Part shown: one piece after another, positions 1 through 10,428 of the stretch
Position numbering within the stretch: position 1 is the stretch's first letter
Layout of the letters: every line of letters begins with the position of its first letter
Assembly: GCA_010015805.1 (NCBI GenBank)
Contig: ML978121.1
Location: 620,001 to 684,000 of the forward strand
DNA from: Rhizodiscina lignyota
Lineage: Eukaryota
DNA: 64,000 nt
Direction: 5' to 3'
Notes under the pieces: model-generated
What the model was told of the DNA's origin: nothing
Database searches by the model: none
Seen by the model: the letters and a program-made list of their open reading frames with translations, nothing else
Translations under genes and position numbers: made by a program

Positions 1-185
1 GAAGATAATACAAAGGCGAAACTAGCCTGGAATGTGAAATCGGCACAAATACAAAGTTCCGTGACATCGGAAGGGGAGTTGGCTGGAATAGCGTGAAGGC
101 CATCAGCCAGAGTTGGATAGCATCGATTTGACTCTATTTCTCAAACTCTTGCGCGAACTTGAAGGGTATCGAAAAGAAAATCCCG

Positions 186-785
186 CTATGTTTCAAGGTT
201 GATAGAACGCCCGAACCGTGCATAGAGAGCGACCTTGAGATCTTGCATCTCGTCGCGGACGCTGCTTAGCTTGTCCTCGAGTGCCGTGACATCCTTATCG
301 ATCTTGTCGGACGAGTGAGAGAGCAGTTCTTGGACTTCGGGTAGCGGCAAGGCGACAAATGAGTCCCCGATCCTGTATCTACATATTCGAGGCGGCTGGT
401 TATTGGGGGCGCTTTTGACAGTTGTAATGTGCAGATACGAGTACTCACTGGACTTTGGTATCCTCGTCGGCATCGAGCTCAAGCTCTTCGATGTCATTTG
501 ACACTTCTTGGAGGTCCTCCTTGTCCTTCTGCGTGTTATGCGTGAGACATGCGGTGTAATGAGGTCGGTGGACTTGCCACGTACTTGTTTCGTCTTCAGC
601 TCATCCTCCAGTGTCTGCTCACGCTGATGCAATCTACTGAATTTGTTGATCTTGTCTTGATCCTCGCGCCTGACCTCGATGTCTTCTCCGCCTGTAGAGG
701 CTTCGTCTTCCTTCGTAAGCTACGTGGATTAGTCGTATGCACACACGTGAGGATTTTGACTTCGGCCTACCATCCGCCTCTGCAT
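186..785 (-). CDS. GIM3: Prefoldin subunit 4 (multi-exon)
   Basis: Spliced model reads MQRRM|LTKEDEASTGGEDIEVRREDQDKINKFSRLHQRE...YRIGDSFVALP...LKVALYARFGRSINLET. The DQDKINKFSRL and LYARFGRSINLE motifs are typical of prefoldin 4. Confidence 0.93.
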
Positions 786-1101
786 ATTGACTGCCTTTTT
801 CAATGGCCAGCCTAACGAGTGAAACCTTGTTTGCCGTATGCGTATATCACTTATCGAACTGATCAGCGGTAATGAAGTGTTGCATGTACTGGAATACGTG
901 TGGTGGATTGGGGGAGCCTTGGAAGCTGGAGGAGGGAAATTTTTAAATGGATGCTGTCACACGAAATTACAAAGCGGAAATCACAACACCATCAATCAAA
1001 TGCATCATGTATTTAATTATACCTCTAATGCTTAGTTGTTCCTCGAGGAAGTAGAAAGAAACAAAAAAAGCCGGCGCAGCCATTTCATGATCGAATGAGT
1101 G

Positions 1102-1730
1102 TAGCACGGCCGAGTTTTGCTCTTCTGCATATGCGAGAGCATCTATGACAGTTTAGTATACTATATGTCAACCGGAGACCTGCTAGCTTGCACGGTCTTA
1201 AGGAGTCTAAGTTATCTTCGTAGAAGATATAGAAAAAGTAAACTTTGATAAGGGATCTAAGGGCTATAGCACGATCGAGTTGTGCTCTTCTGCATATACG
1301 AGAGCATCTATGACCGTTTAGTATACTATATATCAACCGGAGACCTGCTAGCTTGCACGGTTTCGAGGAGTCTAAGTCATCTTCGTAGAAGATAGAAAAA
1401 AAGTAAACTTTTGATGATAGATCTAAAAGCTATAGTACGATCGAGTTGTGCTCTTCTACATATGCGAGAGCATCTGTAACAGTTTAGTATACTATATATC
1501 AGCCGGAGAATTACTAGCTTATACGGTCTCGAGGAGTTTGAGTTATCTTCGTAGAAGATATAGAAACAGTAAACTTTGATAAAAGATCTAAAGGCTACAG
1601 CACGATCGAGTTGTGTTGTTCTACACTTCCGAGAGCATCTACAAAGATCTTGTATACTATACTTTAGCCGTAGTATTACCGGCTTGCACCGCTTCAAAGA
1701 GCTTAACTCATATTCGTAGAAGAGATAGAA
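1102..1730. repeat. AT-rich tandem array of ~165-bp units (~3.8 copies) with RIP-like transitions
   Basis: The unit start (t/c)agYacgRYcgagtt recurs at 1102, 1267, 1433 and 1598 (periods 165, 166, 165). Many differences are TG>TA or CA>TA, e.g. gcttgcacgg vs gcttatacgg and ctgcat vs ctacat. Confidence 0.92.
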
Positions 1731-2124
1731 TAGCTAAGCCAATCACAGAATCAGAAAACTCACGGATTTACTCGCAGGCACGGAGCTGTAGGCACGCATT
1801 GTGGGGACTTCAATTTCACGATGTTCTGAACATAGAGGCACTTTCTATTCATTCACCGGTTTTTTATTTGTCTGACTGACTAATATACTGTACTGTGCAC
1901 CGGGAATTCGCAAGTGAGCAAGCATCATCGTCGAAGGCAAGAAACTGCAGGCGCCCTAGTACGAGAACCCCGAAGGGACCGATCCAATAGGGTCAGGAAT
2001 GCAGAATCCACCCCGGCGATGTGCCGATACATGAGAAGCTTTGTCGTCTCAAACGATTCCAAAGCCAAAGGGGAAATCAAAAAGCTCGACCACCTCCCAC
2101 CTCCACCTCCACCTCCATAGCCCG

Positions 2125-4614
2125 TTACTCGGCCTGCGGCTCCTCGGGTCGCTTGTAGGGTGTTATTCCACCCCTCGACAACTCTCGGATTGCCATCGTC
2201 GCATACGCTCCGGAGCCCAGCTTCAGCTTGAGGATGACCGCAATCTTCTGCTCCTCGGATATTCCAGACTCTCCTGCTGGAGCCTCTTTTTCTGGAGCCG
2301 CTTTTTCTGGAGCCGCTTTTTCTGCAGCTTCCTTTGCTGTCATCCAGGCCCTGAAGTTTTGAGGGACCTTACCCTGCGCGATCAGACGATCGATGTCAGT
2401 CGGGGCAAGTTGTTCGTCGTCGTTACTGTAAAGTTTGATCTCGAACTCCGCCTTGTCCAGGGGTTTTGCCAGGATCTTGCGGTAGTCTCCGCTGAGAGTG
2501 AAATCACGCTTACTTCTGCGCATGTCGCGCGGATCAAGTCCGCCACCTTGCTCGCTGCCCATGAAGGTCTCGTAGAAATTCCCCAGGTTTGTCGGATACT
2601 CCATTTCCGTACCGGGCAACGGAAGCACCACGTCATGAATGCTGAACTTGCCGCTTTCGATGTCCTTGTTCGTTAACATGTGCGCCTGCTCGAACTGATT
2701 TTTGGTACTGAAAGATCTGTCATACGTTGCAGGTTGAACGATGATCTCTCCTAGCTCGTCAACCTCATCCTGGACGTCTTGCTTGACTCCAGCACGAGCG
2801 TCATAAGTGCTGCAAAAGATGAGGTCGCCTTCGACAACCTTGAGCCCGTGCATTTCCAAGCGCTTGCCAGCTGCAGCGTTCCACACAAAGGATTGGTACG
2901 CATGAAGGTACATTGTCTTTATGGGTCTTTGGATTTGCAGCAATGCGCCTTGGAAATTGTTACGTTGAGGCATTTTGCCATTCTTTTCCTGGCCCAAAAA
3001 TTTGATAAGGGTCGTCTCGGCGACAAATCTTTTCGGTAGCATAGGCATAACTTCACCCCATTTGCTGCCGGTCGCCCACTTGTGCAGTGCTGCAGCTCGA
3101 TAACGCTCGTCGCGAAAGAAGGTTGATTCATCGCCTTGGTGGTATGCCGCGAGAGCTTCAGGCTTGTAGTGGAGTATCAGGTCAACGGCGCCTTTCCAGT
3201 CGTTCTTCAGTATCTTCTTGCCGATCTCGTGGGTTCCCACGTCCATTGTGCCGAATCTTTGCAAGCCGTAGTAATTGATGAATCCATTCTCGTTCAGCTT
3301 GGAGATAGCAGATTCAACTGTCGAATGGGCGAGTGCCAATTTCGCATCCTGATCGAGACCATGCTCACGGGGGAAATGGCAGTCGCGCAACGTGATGACG
3401 AACATGTTGCCATTGGAATCGCCCATGCTCAGAGGCTGCTTTTGGCGGCTGAAGTTACCAATCCTAGCACCGCGCATCTGCGTGTTTAGCCTCGCGAGAG
3501 CTTCAGGCTCGATACGATTTCCGCTAAATCTCTGCACTGTAGCCGCGCGCCTATCCTTCGTGCCGGCGGTTTGGAAGTTGTGAGTATGGATGCTGAGGTT
3601 AGCGGCCATCCAGTTCAACAGCTCCTGTGTGTCCCTGTTCTCCTTGTAGACGGTGAAGTGCAGATGCTCGCCGTACATCGTATTGAATAACTCGTCACTT
3701 TTCGGCACGCGGGCAGGACGATTTTCAGGCCTAGCATTCGTTGGCTGCTTAGCATTCGTTGGTTGCTTCGGAGGATTAGCCGTGAACCGGATGGTGTTGT
3801 CCTGCATGGTCTCTGATACGATCCGCATATTGAAAACGCGCCGCACCAACATATGGGCCTCCTCTCGCTCTTGCTTGTCCTTGATGGGTTTGGAATAGCG
3901 GAAGCGAAAACCCTTGCGACCACTTCGAGAATTGTCGTCCATCTCGATTATCGAAGCTGTGAGCTGTTCACCAAAGATCTTATGCAGGAGTGCAAGATCG
4001 AACATCGTTATCTTGTGGCAATGTTAGCTTAGTTCCTCCTGGCGTTGCACAGCACCAGTGTGGCGTACCTGATGCTTCTTAACCTCCGCAGGCTTCTTGC
4101 CAGTAGACGCGCCAACGTTAGTTGGCAAAGCCGCAGTTCTCGTGTTTAGAGTCTCACGAAACTCTTCCTCGTCGTCTGCTGGCTTCTCACTCCGGCCTTT
4201 GGACCGAAGCTCTGGTGGCACCTCAAGGTCTGTGAGATGTAGTACGTTTCCCTGCAAGTCGATCTCGTAGACCTGGAAGTCGGTATATCTGGCGGGGCCA
4301 CTGATCAGTAGGACTAGGTGTTAATAAATAGCGGGAATAGCGAACCTTGTCTTGTAGATTGCGTCCCAGAATAATTCCACATCGCTCGGGCTCGCGTAAT
4401 CAGTTATTCCCACGTTTGCCTCCTTTGCATGCTCGGCAAGTCGAACAACAACCGCCCAAGAGTGGGTGTTGTTGGTGAACACTCCCACGATTCTATCGCC
4501 GTCTCGCTTAAACTTTGGTGCCACTTCAAACGCTGGCTGCGATGCGTCATGAAGACGAGGCCGCTTTCGCGGTTGCTCGCCCTCGTGCTTGTCTGAGTCC
4601 CTTGGGTGGCTCAT
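2125..4614 (-). CDS. PUS7: TruD-family pseudouridine synthase (3 exons: 4614-4346, 4288-4069, 4011-2125)
   Basis: Motifs KTRYTDFQVYEID, LHFTVYKENRDT, AGTKDRRAATVQ, GFINYYGLQRFG, YLHAYQSFVWN, LSGDYRK and GAYATMAIRE. GT-AG junctions restore the frame. Confidence 0.95.
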
Positions 4615-4909
4615 TTTGCGAGTTTGAAGAGTTGTTGTGGGAAAGGTTGGAAATGCTCGGTGGGCATAATATTTAGTTCGCACGCGCGACTAGTTGGTGC
4701 CACTTGGGGGCCCGTGCCGAAGCTACCCTGGTCTAGCGCCCAGCTTCTGCCTTGTACGAGCACCAGTGGCGCTGCTGGGGATATGTACGATCGCCTCGGA
4801 AATCTTCAAATCCATATGTTTCCAAACGCGTATGAGCGTATACAAAAACTATAGGTACGCAACTTGTATCGAAGACGCCCCCGAAATCTAGGTTTTCCTA
4901 TGTAGGTAA

Positions 4910-5438
4910 TTAGGCAAGCAGTTCCTTGCCCACCCTCCTCTCCAGCTCCTCAAGACAAGCCACTATTGCATCCCGCCGTCCCTTTGCCGGGTTCTTCTTA
5001 TCACCGGCTATTCCGGGACCTTTATAGAGTACCTTGAATCGGCTGGTCTGCGACTCTGGGTTCTTCGGTGCCACGACGACAGCGTGGACCATTACTCCCG
5101 AAGCTGCCACGGCCGTGGTGCATTTCACCTTCTCGCCAGGATACAGGACGGACGCATTGTCTTCAATCAGTTGGTCAGTTGAACGCTCGATGCCGTGATA
5201 GTGCACAGGTGCAGGACTTACCCAAAATCCTCTCTACCAGATCGGAGAGAGATGTGGTCTCCAGTACCGCAGGGACCTCTACTCTTGTCTCCACCTTAGG
5301 CGCTGGTAAGATTGTTGGTTCTGGCGGCGGTGTGTACTTCGGTGAGTAGCCATTCGCGCTGGTGCTGACGTTCTTATGATGCCCAGCGCCCGGCACAGGG
5401 CTTTTAGGTGGTGCTGGGGGGATTTTGTTCTTGTTCAT
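4910..5438 (-). CDS. Hypothetical protein, Pro-rich N-terminus (2 exons, ~155 aa)
   Basis: ORFs 5175-5465 and 4910-5206 are joined by an intron GTAAGT(5221)...CTGAC...GAAG(~5161). No family recognised. Confidence 0.55.
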
Positions 5439-5913
5439 CGTGTCTCGTGCCCTTTGACTGCTCACACGGCTCGCGACAACAGAGATGTGCAGATTTGGTG
5501 TGCGAATGTGAAGACGGAATGGAATCGCCCCAGGCCATTTTGAAGAACCCTATGGCTTTCTAGATCGTTCCGTCTCTGCTGCGATGCGATTGGAGCGCGA
5601 AAAGTTGGTAAAGAGTTGGGGATGCATGACGTGTTCTAGGGTCTCCTGCATATTTTGGTGGGTCCTGTACCTCGACAAGACTGGCTGGTCGGAACTTCAA
5701 CTTTCGGTTTGAGCTTCTTGACAATGCGTGCAACAATCTATGCTGGAAGTGATTCTCTATTCTACTGAGCATGAACGACTGAATGTGACGGAACGGCTTA
5801 AAGAGAGAGCAATTACTTCCGCCTCAATTCCGCTCAATTAGCGTGCTCTCCGTCTCCCACCCATTTTGACATCATCCATTGTTCTATCGATCCGAAGCGC
5901 GCTGTAAAATTTT

Positions 5914-6816
5914 CTAATCAGTGTCACTGCTATCATTTCTCTTCGTAGTGCTCGCTGTTCGGAAGTGCTGTTCACCTTCGCTTCTCACCCGCTGGGTGCC
6001 TGTAGTAGAAGATTGCTCTGGACGAGCTACCCCTGCTCGCCTTGCGCAGTAGAAGTGGGTTCCGACAACAACTCCAAGCCAAGATAGAGAGAAGAAACCA
6101 GCAAGAACGGAATATGTGATCACTCTGCCCGTCTTGATACCCGCAAGGTGCATGCCGAGCCCACCGTTGACGATACCAAGGATCACAATTATCCTACCCC
6201 ACCATCGATGCACTTCACCCGAAATGCTTGCAGACCTGAGAGCCGGATGATTCCTCTCCCACTGCCAGTAGTGAATCAACCCAGTAAGAGGCTGGAGCAG
6301 AAGCGCCCCGACAACAAAGACGCCAATGGATGGATGACCATTCTGAACCTCCCACTGTGACATTCGGTGAGCTTTGATTCGGACTTCATGCCATTACTTT
6401 CTCACATAATCTTTGACCTCGGTCAACCACACTCCCAGGCCCATACCAGCGAGAAGAATTGCATAGGTGAAGAGCTGCCATCCCGCATGGAGCCAGACTC
6501 TGCCCTTGAACTTCGGCAGGTATACGAGCATTGCACCGCAAGGGAGGAGAACAATGAAAGCGATAGCCATCATCAAGCCATGTGCCCATACAACGGATTG
6601 TCGCTTGTTCATCTCTGCTGGTAATACTTCCCGAGCTTGGCCAGGTTGAACAGCTGAGGTTGTTTGTGATTCGGCGCCATTGCGGTAGCCGTCTTTGCGG
6701 TTTGCTTCGGTCAACAACGCTGATGGAGTCAGTAACCTGCTTGATATTTGGTGGGACACCAGCTTACCAAATGCAAGTAGTGATGCTGATGTTGTTAAAA
6801 TATGAAGGCTGGACAT
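5914..6816 (-). CDS. Cytochrome b561-domain membrane protein with signal peptide
   Basis: Four spaced His in hydrophobic segments (WAHGLMM, WLHAGWQ, GHPSIG, VHRWWGR) and IVNGGLG. Hydrophobic N-terminus MSSLHILTTSASLLAF. Two introns inferred. Confidence 0.8.
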
Positions 6817-7289
6817 TTTGAAGAACGAAGCCAATGCACGGAGATTTGTTATCTCCGGCCTTATGTCAAGAAAAAATGCCACAGGAGTATGCAATACGAA
6901 GCAGTGTTGAGGCATGAGCTGAAGACAGCTTAAAAACAGTTCAGACGGAAATCTAGGTAATGAGATATAATGTATACTGCAGGAGCAGTAGAGCACTTAC
7001 CACCTCCGGATTCAGTAGGATCACCAATGAGCCATGCTAACTTGGAAGGCGCCTTCCACGATCTGCAAATCGGCGGCGTATCTCCATGAGGGATATTCTA
7101 TTGGCAAGATGTGATAAAAGACTTCAAGCTGTTGCGACAAAAGATGTTGCGGGAGACATGACAATGGGGACACGATCACTGGCCTACATAATGACTATAT
7201 CCCCAAACAAGTGCCATCAAGAACATCATCTTCGCAAGGTTGGAGTCTTTCCCCGGGGCAGCTACCGAGTGTATTTCCTTTTCTCAGGC

Positions 7290-10139
7290 TCAAGCAGTCG
7301 CTCGAAATGCATCATCAACTCCTGAATCTGTAGTGAGATGGGGCGTCGAAGTTCGGGGGCCAGAAATGGGTTTCCCTTCTTCCCTGAGTCTTGAGATCAA
7401 ACCATAAAATCTCCTCTGCTCTCGGAAGGCCTGCGAATTACTGCCAGTTGAGCTTCTCATACCGTGCCTGGCAATGCCTTCCTGATTCTCAATATCCATG
7501 ATGACCTCACTCATCAACTCATACTCCCCAGCATATTCCAGTGCGGACACCATCTCATACAGACTCCGCCAACTTAGTGGGCGATTCTCCTCAGACATCT
7601 GGCGGACCAGTCGAATCATCTTGTCGAGCTCGCCGAACTTGGCATAACCTTCAATGAATCTGTCGTACATATAGTTGTTCCATCGGTGGCCACGATTTCT
7701 CATGCGAGTGAGAATTGCATCCACGCCGGCAATATGAGGAGGCGACCGTGAAAAGAAGTGGGAAATCATCTTTGAATAGATGAATTCGGAAGGCTCCATG
7801 TTTCGCTTGTACATGTACTCAAGCACTGCCTGCGCAGCGGTGTAGTTGTCGTGCTGTCCAAGGAGACCCTGGATCAGTATCGTCAGGACATGGTCGTTTG
7901 CTGGTAAGCCACACTTCTCCAGCTCGTCGATTATGCCAAAGACTTTACTTTCAAGCTCAGGTTGGGACAAATCTGTCAAAAAAGCCTGCTTAAACGTGTG
8001 TTCGAGGATGATCTTAAAAGTGGTCAGATCGGGTTCGACATTCGATTCTGGCATCTGTTGCAAAATCTGCATAGCCTCAGAACTGTCGCCTCGAGCAAAA
8101 GCGGCATTTATCAAGGTATTGAACGTATAGACACTTGGCTTCAGCTGGAAACTTCTGGCCCAGTCCAAGATCTTGGAGATGAGATCGGAAGGTGTCTTCT
8201 TGAGCCGAGCTAGTGCACCTGCCAAGACAGTATTCACCAGGGCGATTGATGGCTTAGGCGCATGAAGGAAATCGCCCACATCTGAGATGTCTACATTTCT
8301 GTGCGCCATCTCTTGACGTGTCGCTTGTCGTTTACGAGGTGCAGTTTGTGTAGGTTGAGGCTGTGGGGTTTTGCTTGCAATTGCGGCTTCTCTCCATCGT
8401 CGACCTATCGCTTCGAGCTCCGCCAGTGCTTCTTTAATCCTTTGAGCCTCCATAAGGCAGGACAGTCGGACAGCGTAAGCGTGTACATCGGGCTGCATTC
8501 CAGATGCAAGCATTCGAGTCCAGAGATCCTCAGCCCCTTTATAGTCATGTGCACGTTTGCAGCCTTCCATCATTGCGGTCCATGTCTTCGTTGTTGCAGG
8601 CGTGCCATTTTCAATCATGAAATTCCAAATCTCGATAGCTTGAATCGGTTTTTTAAAGGCCATATATTCCATCAGCACTATGTCGTAAAGATCTCCGGGA
8701 ATTTTGATTCCGATTTGCTGGTCGAGTTTTCGGGACTGCTCGGTATAGTGAGTTCGGATATTGTTCCAGACGGTTTCGAGCCTATTGAAGTCTTGCGACC
8801 TCTTTGCGCGTGACAAACGATTGACGAAAAATTTAGAAGCCTCGTCTTTGAGGTCCTTGGGGGTGAAGGTCCCAAATACATCCTCGTTTGGCTCATCATT
8901 AGTCTCGTCCTCTGGGATCTCCGGAGTACCCTGTTCTTTTGTTGCTGCAACGATGGCGAGAGCATTATCGGGTAGAGCAGCCAGCTTGGACAGGTAGTCA
9001 TTGAGCGCGGATTGAGAAAGGCTGCTCTCTAAGCCCTGCAACCGACGATGAAGGGCCTCCAGAGAACCTTTCAGCTGCCGCCGGTGCACAGTATTGGCAA
9101 TGAACTCCACGAATCGAGCACAGTCCTTTCGCTTGCTCTCTTTGACAGGCTCGAGAAATGCTGGCCTGGAGAAGAGGTCACAGGTCACCAATGCGAGGGC
9201 CGCTAAGCTGGCGCGATTTCCCTGAAAATTGTGGAGCATGTTGGAGAAAGCAACCTCAAAGGAACGCTCAGATACACGAGATTGTCCTTGGGTGCCGTAT
9301 AGTAATCTGATCCAATCCGGCTGACCTGTCCTCTTCGCATAGTCGCTTCCATGCCGGACCAAGAACGTAGTCCACCAGGACAGAAGTTCGTCAACAAGCA
9401 GATCTGCTCCCGAGCCTTTTTTCTCTGCTCCTATGACTGCATCCATTGACAGCAACCTCTGCGCGAGAGCCCATGCCACATCCTCTGTAAAGTTTGATCG
9501 CATCACACCGGACTCTTCCATCCTCGCAACCACCAACGATGGCCTCAAGTGTGAGGATGTTGGTCGCATTGTCCACTGCGAAACGACCGTCCGTAGCAGC
9601 TTCCCAAACACATTTCCATATTGTAGGTGCTTGAAATCTTGGTAGGCTGGGTTGAGAAAGTGAGGGCTATCTTTTCGCCCGAAGTATTGCAGGAAGTGGG
9701 ACCATGCCTCGTCGACCTTCGCAGGATCGTTCAGGAGCTCGTGGAGCCTCGAGGCAGCGCCAACCGGCTCTCGTTGTGACCTTTGAGGCGGCCGGATCCC
9801 ATTCACTAAGCTTCGCGGTTTCCCTTCATCATAGTTACGATTCGGAATGGGAAGGTCTTGAGGTTCTTGCTCTTGCGCTCTGTGTCTCGAGTATCGGCCG
9901 CTTCGCCCAAGGAAACGCACGTGGTCCAGATTCGGATCACGGGGTGCTTGCGACTGTTTTCGAGGATGGCCACCATTGGCAGCATCATTCTCTTCATTCT
10001 GATTGAGGGTCTCGGCAGAGGGCGCGTCCGACAGCGAAATGAAGGAAGCTTTCCCATGCCATTGAGGGTCTCTCAGGGCTTCAACGCGACGGATAGCAAG
10101 TCGCCGGCATCGTCCGCAGACGAATGCTCGACTTTGCAT
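7290..10139 (-). CDS. Mitochondrial pentatricopeptide-repeat (PPR) protein
   Basis: Single long ORF. Presequence-like MQSRAFVCGRCRR. PPR motifs such as TWTAMMEGCKRAHDYKGAEDLWTRMLASGMQPD and TFNTLINAAFARGDSSEAMQILQQMPESNVEPD. Exact orthology not assigned. Confidence 0.88.
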   Translation of the reverse strand: MQSRAFVCGRCRRLAIRRVEALRDPQWHGKASFISLSDAPSAETLNQNEENDAANGGHPRKQSQAPRDPNLDHVRFLGRSGRYSRHRAQEQEPQDLPIPNRNYDEGKPRSLVNGIRPPQRSQREPVGAASRLHELLNDPAKVDEAWSHFLQYFGRKDSPHFLNPAYQDFKHLQYGNVFGKLLRTVVSQWTMRPTSSHLRPSLVVARMEESGVMRSNFTEDVAWALAQRLLSMDAVIGAEKKGSGADLLVDELLSWWTTFLVRHGSDYAKRTGQPDWIRLLYGTQGQSRVSERSFEVAFSNMLHNFQGNRASLAALALVTCDLFSRPAFLEPVKESKRKDCARFVEFIANTVHRRQLKGSLEALHRRLQGLESSLSQSALNDYLSKLAALPDNALAIVAATKEQGTPEIPEDETNDEPNEDVFGTFTPKDLKDEASKFFVNRLSRAKRSQDFNRLETVWNNIRTHYTEQSRKLDQQIGIKIPGDLYDIVLMEYMAFKKPIQAIEIWNFMIENGTPATTKTWTAMMEGCKRAHDYKGAEDLWTRMLASGMQPDVHAYAVRLSCLMEAQRIKEALAELEAIGRRWREAAIASKTPQPQPTQTAPRKRQATRQEMAHRNVDISDVGDFLHAPKPSIALVNTVLAGALARLKKTPSDLISKILDWARSFQLKPSVYTFNTLINAAFARGDSSEAMQILQQMPESNVEPDLTTFKIILEHTFKQAFLTDLSQPELESKVFGIIDELEKCGLPANDHVLTILIQGLLGQHDNYTAAQAVLEYMYKRNMEPSEFIYSKMISHFFSRSPPHIAGVDAILTRMRNRGHRWNNYMYDRFIEGYAKFGELDKMIRLVRQMSEENRPLSWRSLYEMVSALEYAGEYELMSEVIMDIENQEGIARHGMRSSTGSNSQAFREQRRFYGLISRLREEGKPISGPRTSTPHLTTDSGVDDAFRATA

Positions 10140-10428
10140 GGCCTTGAGAGCCTCAGTAGCGTTTAGAGGTCGAAATGCGTGAAGTGAGACGTATCCCCGA
10201 GCTGTCGACCTCGAGTTGATTTGTCGGCGATTTGTCGGCCGAATTTTGCAGCTTCGCCGAGGCGACTCCCGACCTTTACTCCGTAGTTGCGCCTGCACGT
10301 GGTGGCTTTCCAAGGATTTATTCACCAAAACAAGGTGTCCAAGTTTAGCACTCTTTGAAAGTCAGAAAGCAGTTTCTCCTTTCCTTCCTGCACAAATTGC
10401 TCACAATGCTTGATTTCTGCTAGCAGTC

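Noticed and set aside
1085..1697. Minus-strand ORFs with repeated CxRCSRICRR motifs
   Set aside because: They are translations of the 165-bp array, have non-ATG starts and are broken by an indel. There is no support for a current gene.
1102..1730. CRISPR-like array
   Set aside because: Units are similar along their whole length with no unique spacers, there are no cas genes, and the genome is eukaryotic.
10140..10328. N-terminal extension of the PPR ORF
   Set aside because: It starts at a non-ATG codon within the divergent promoter. The ATG at 10139 gives a sensible presequence.
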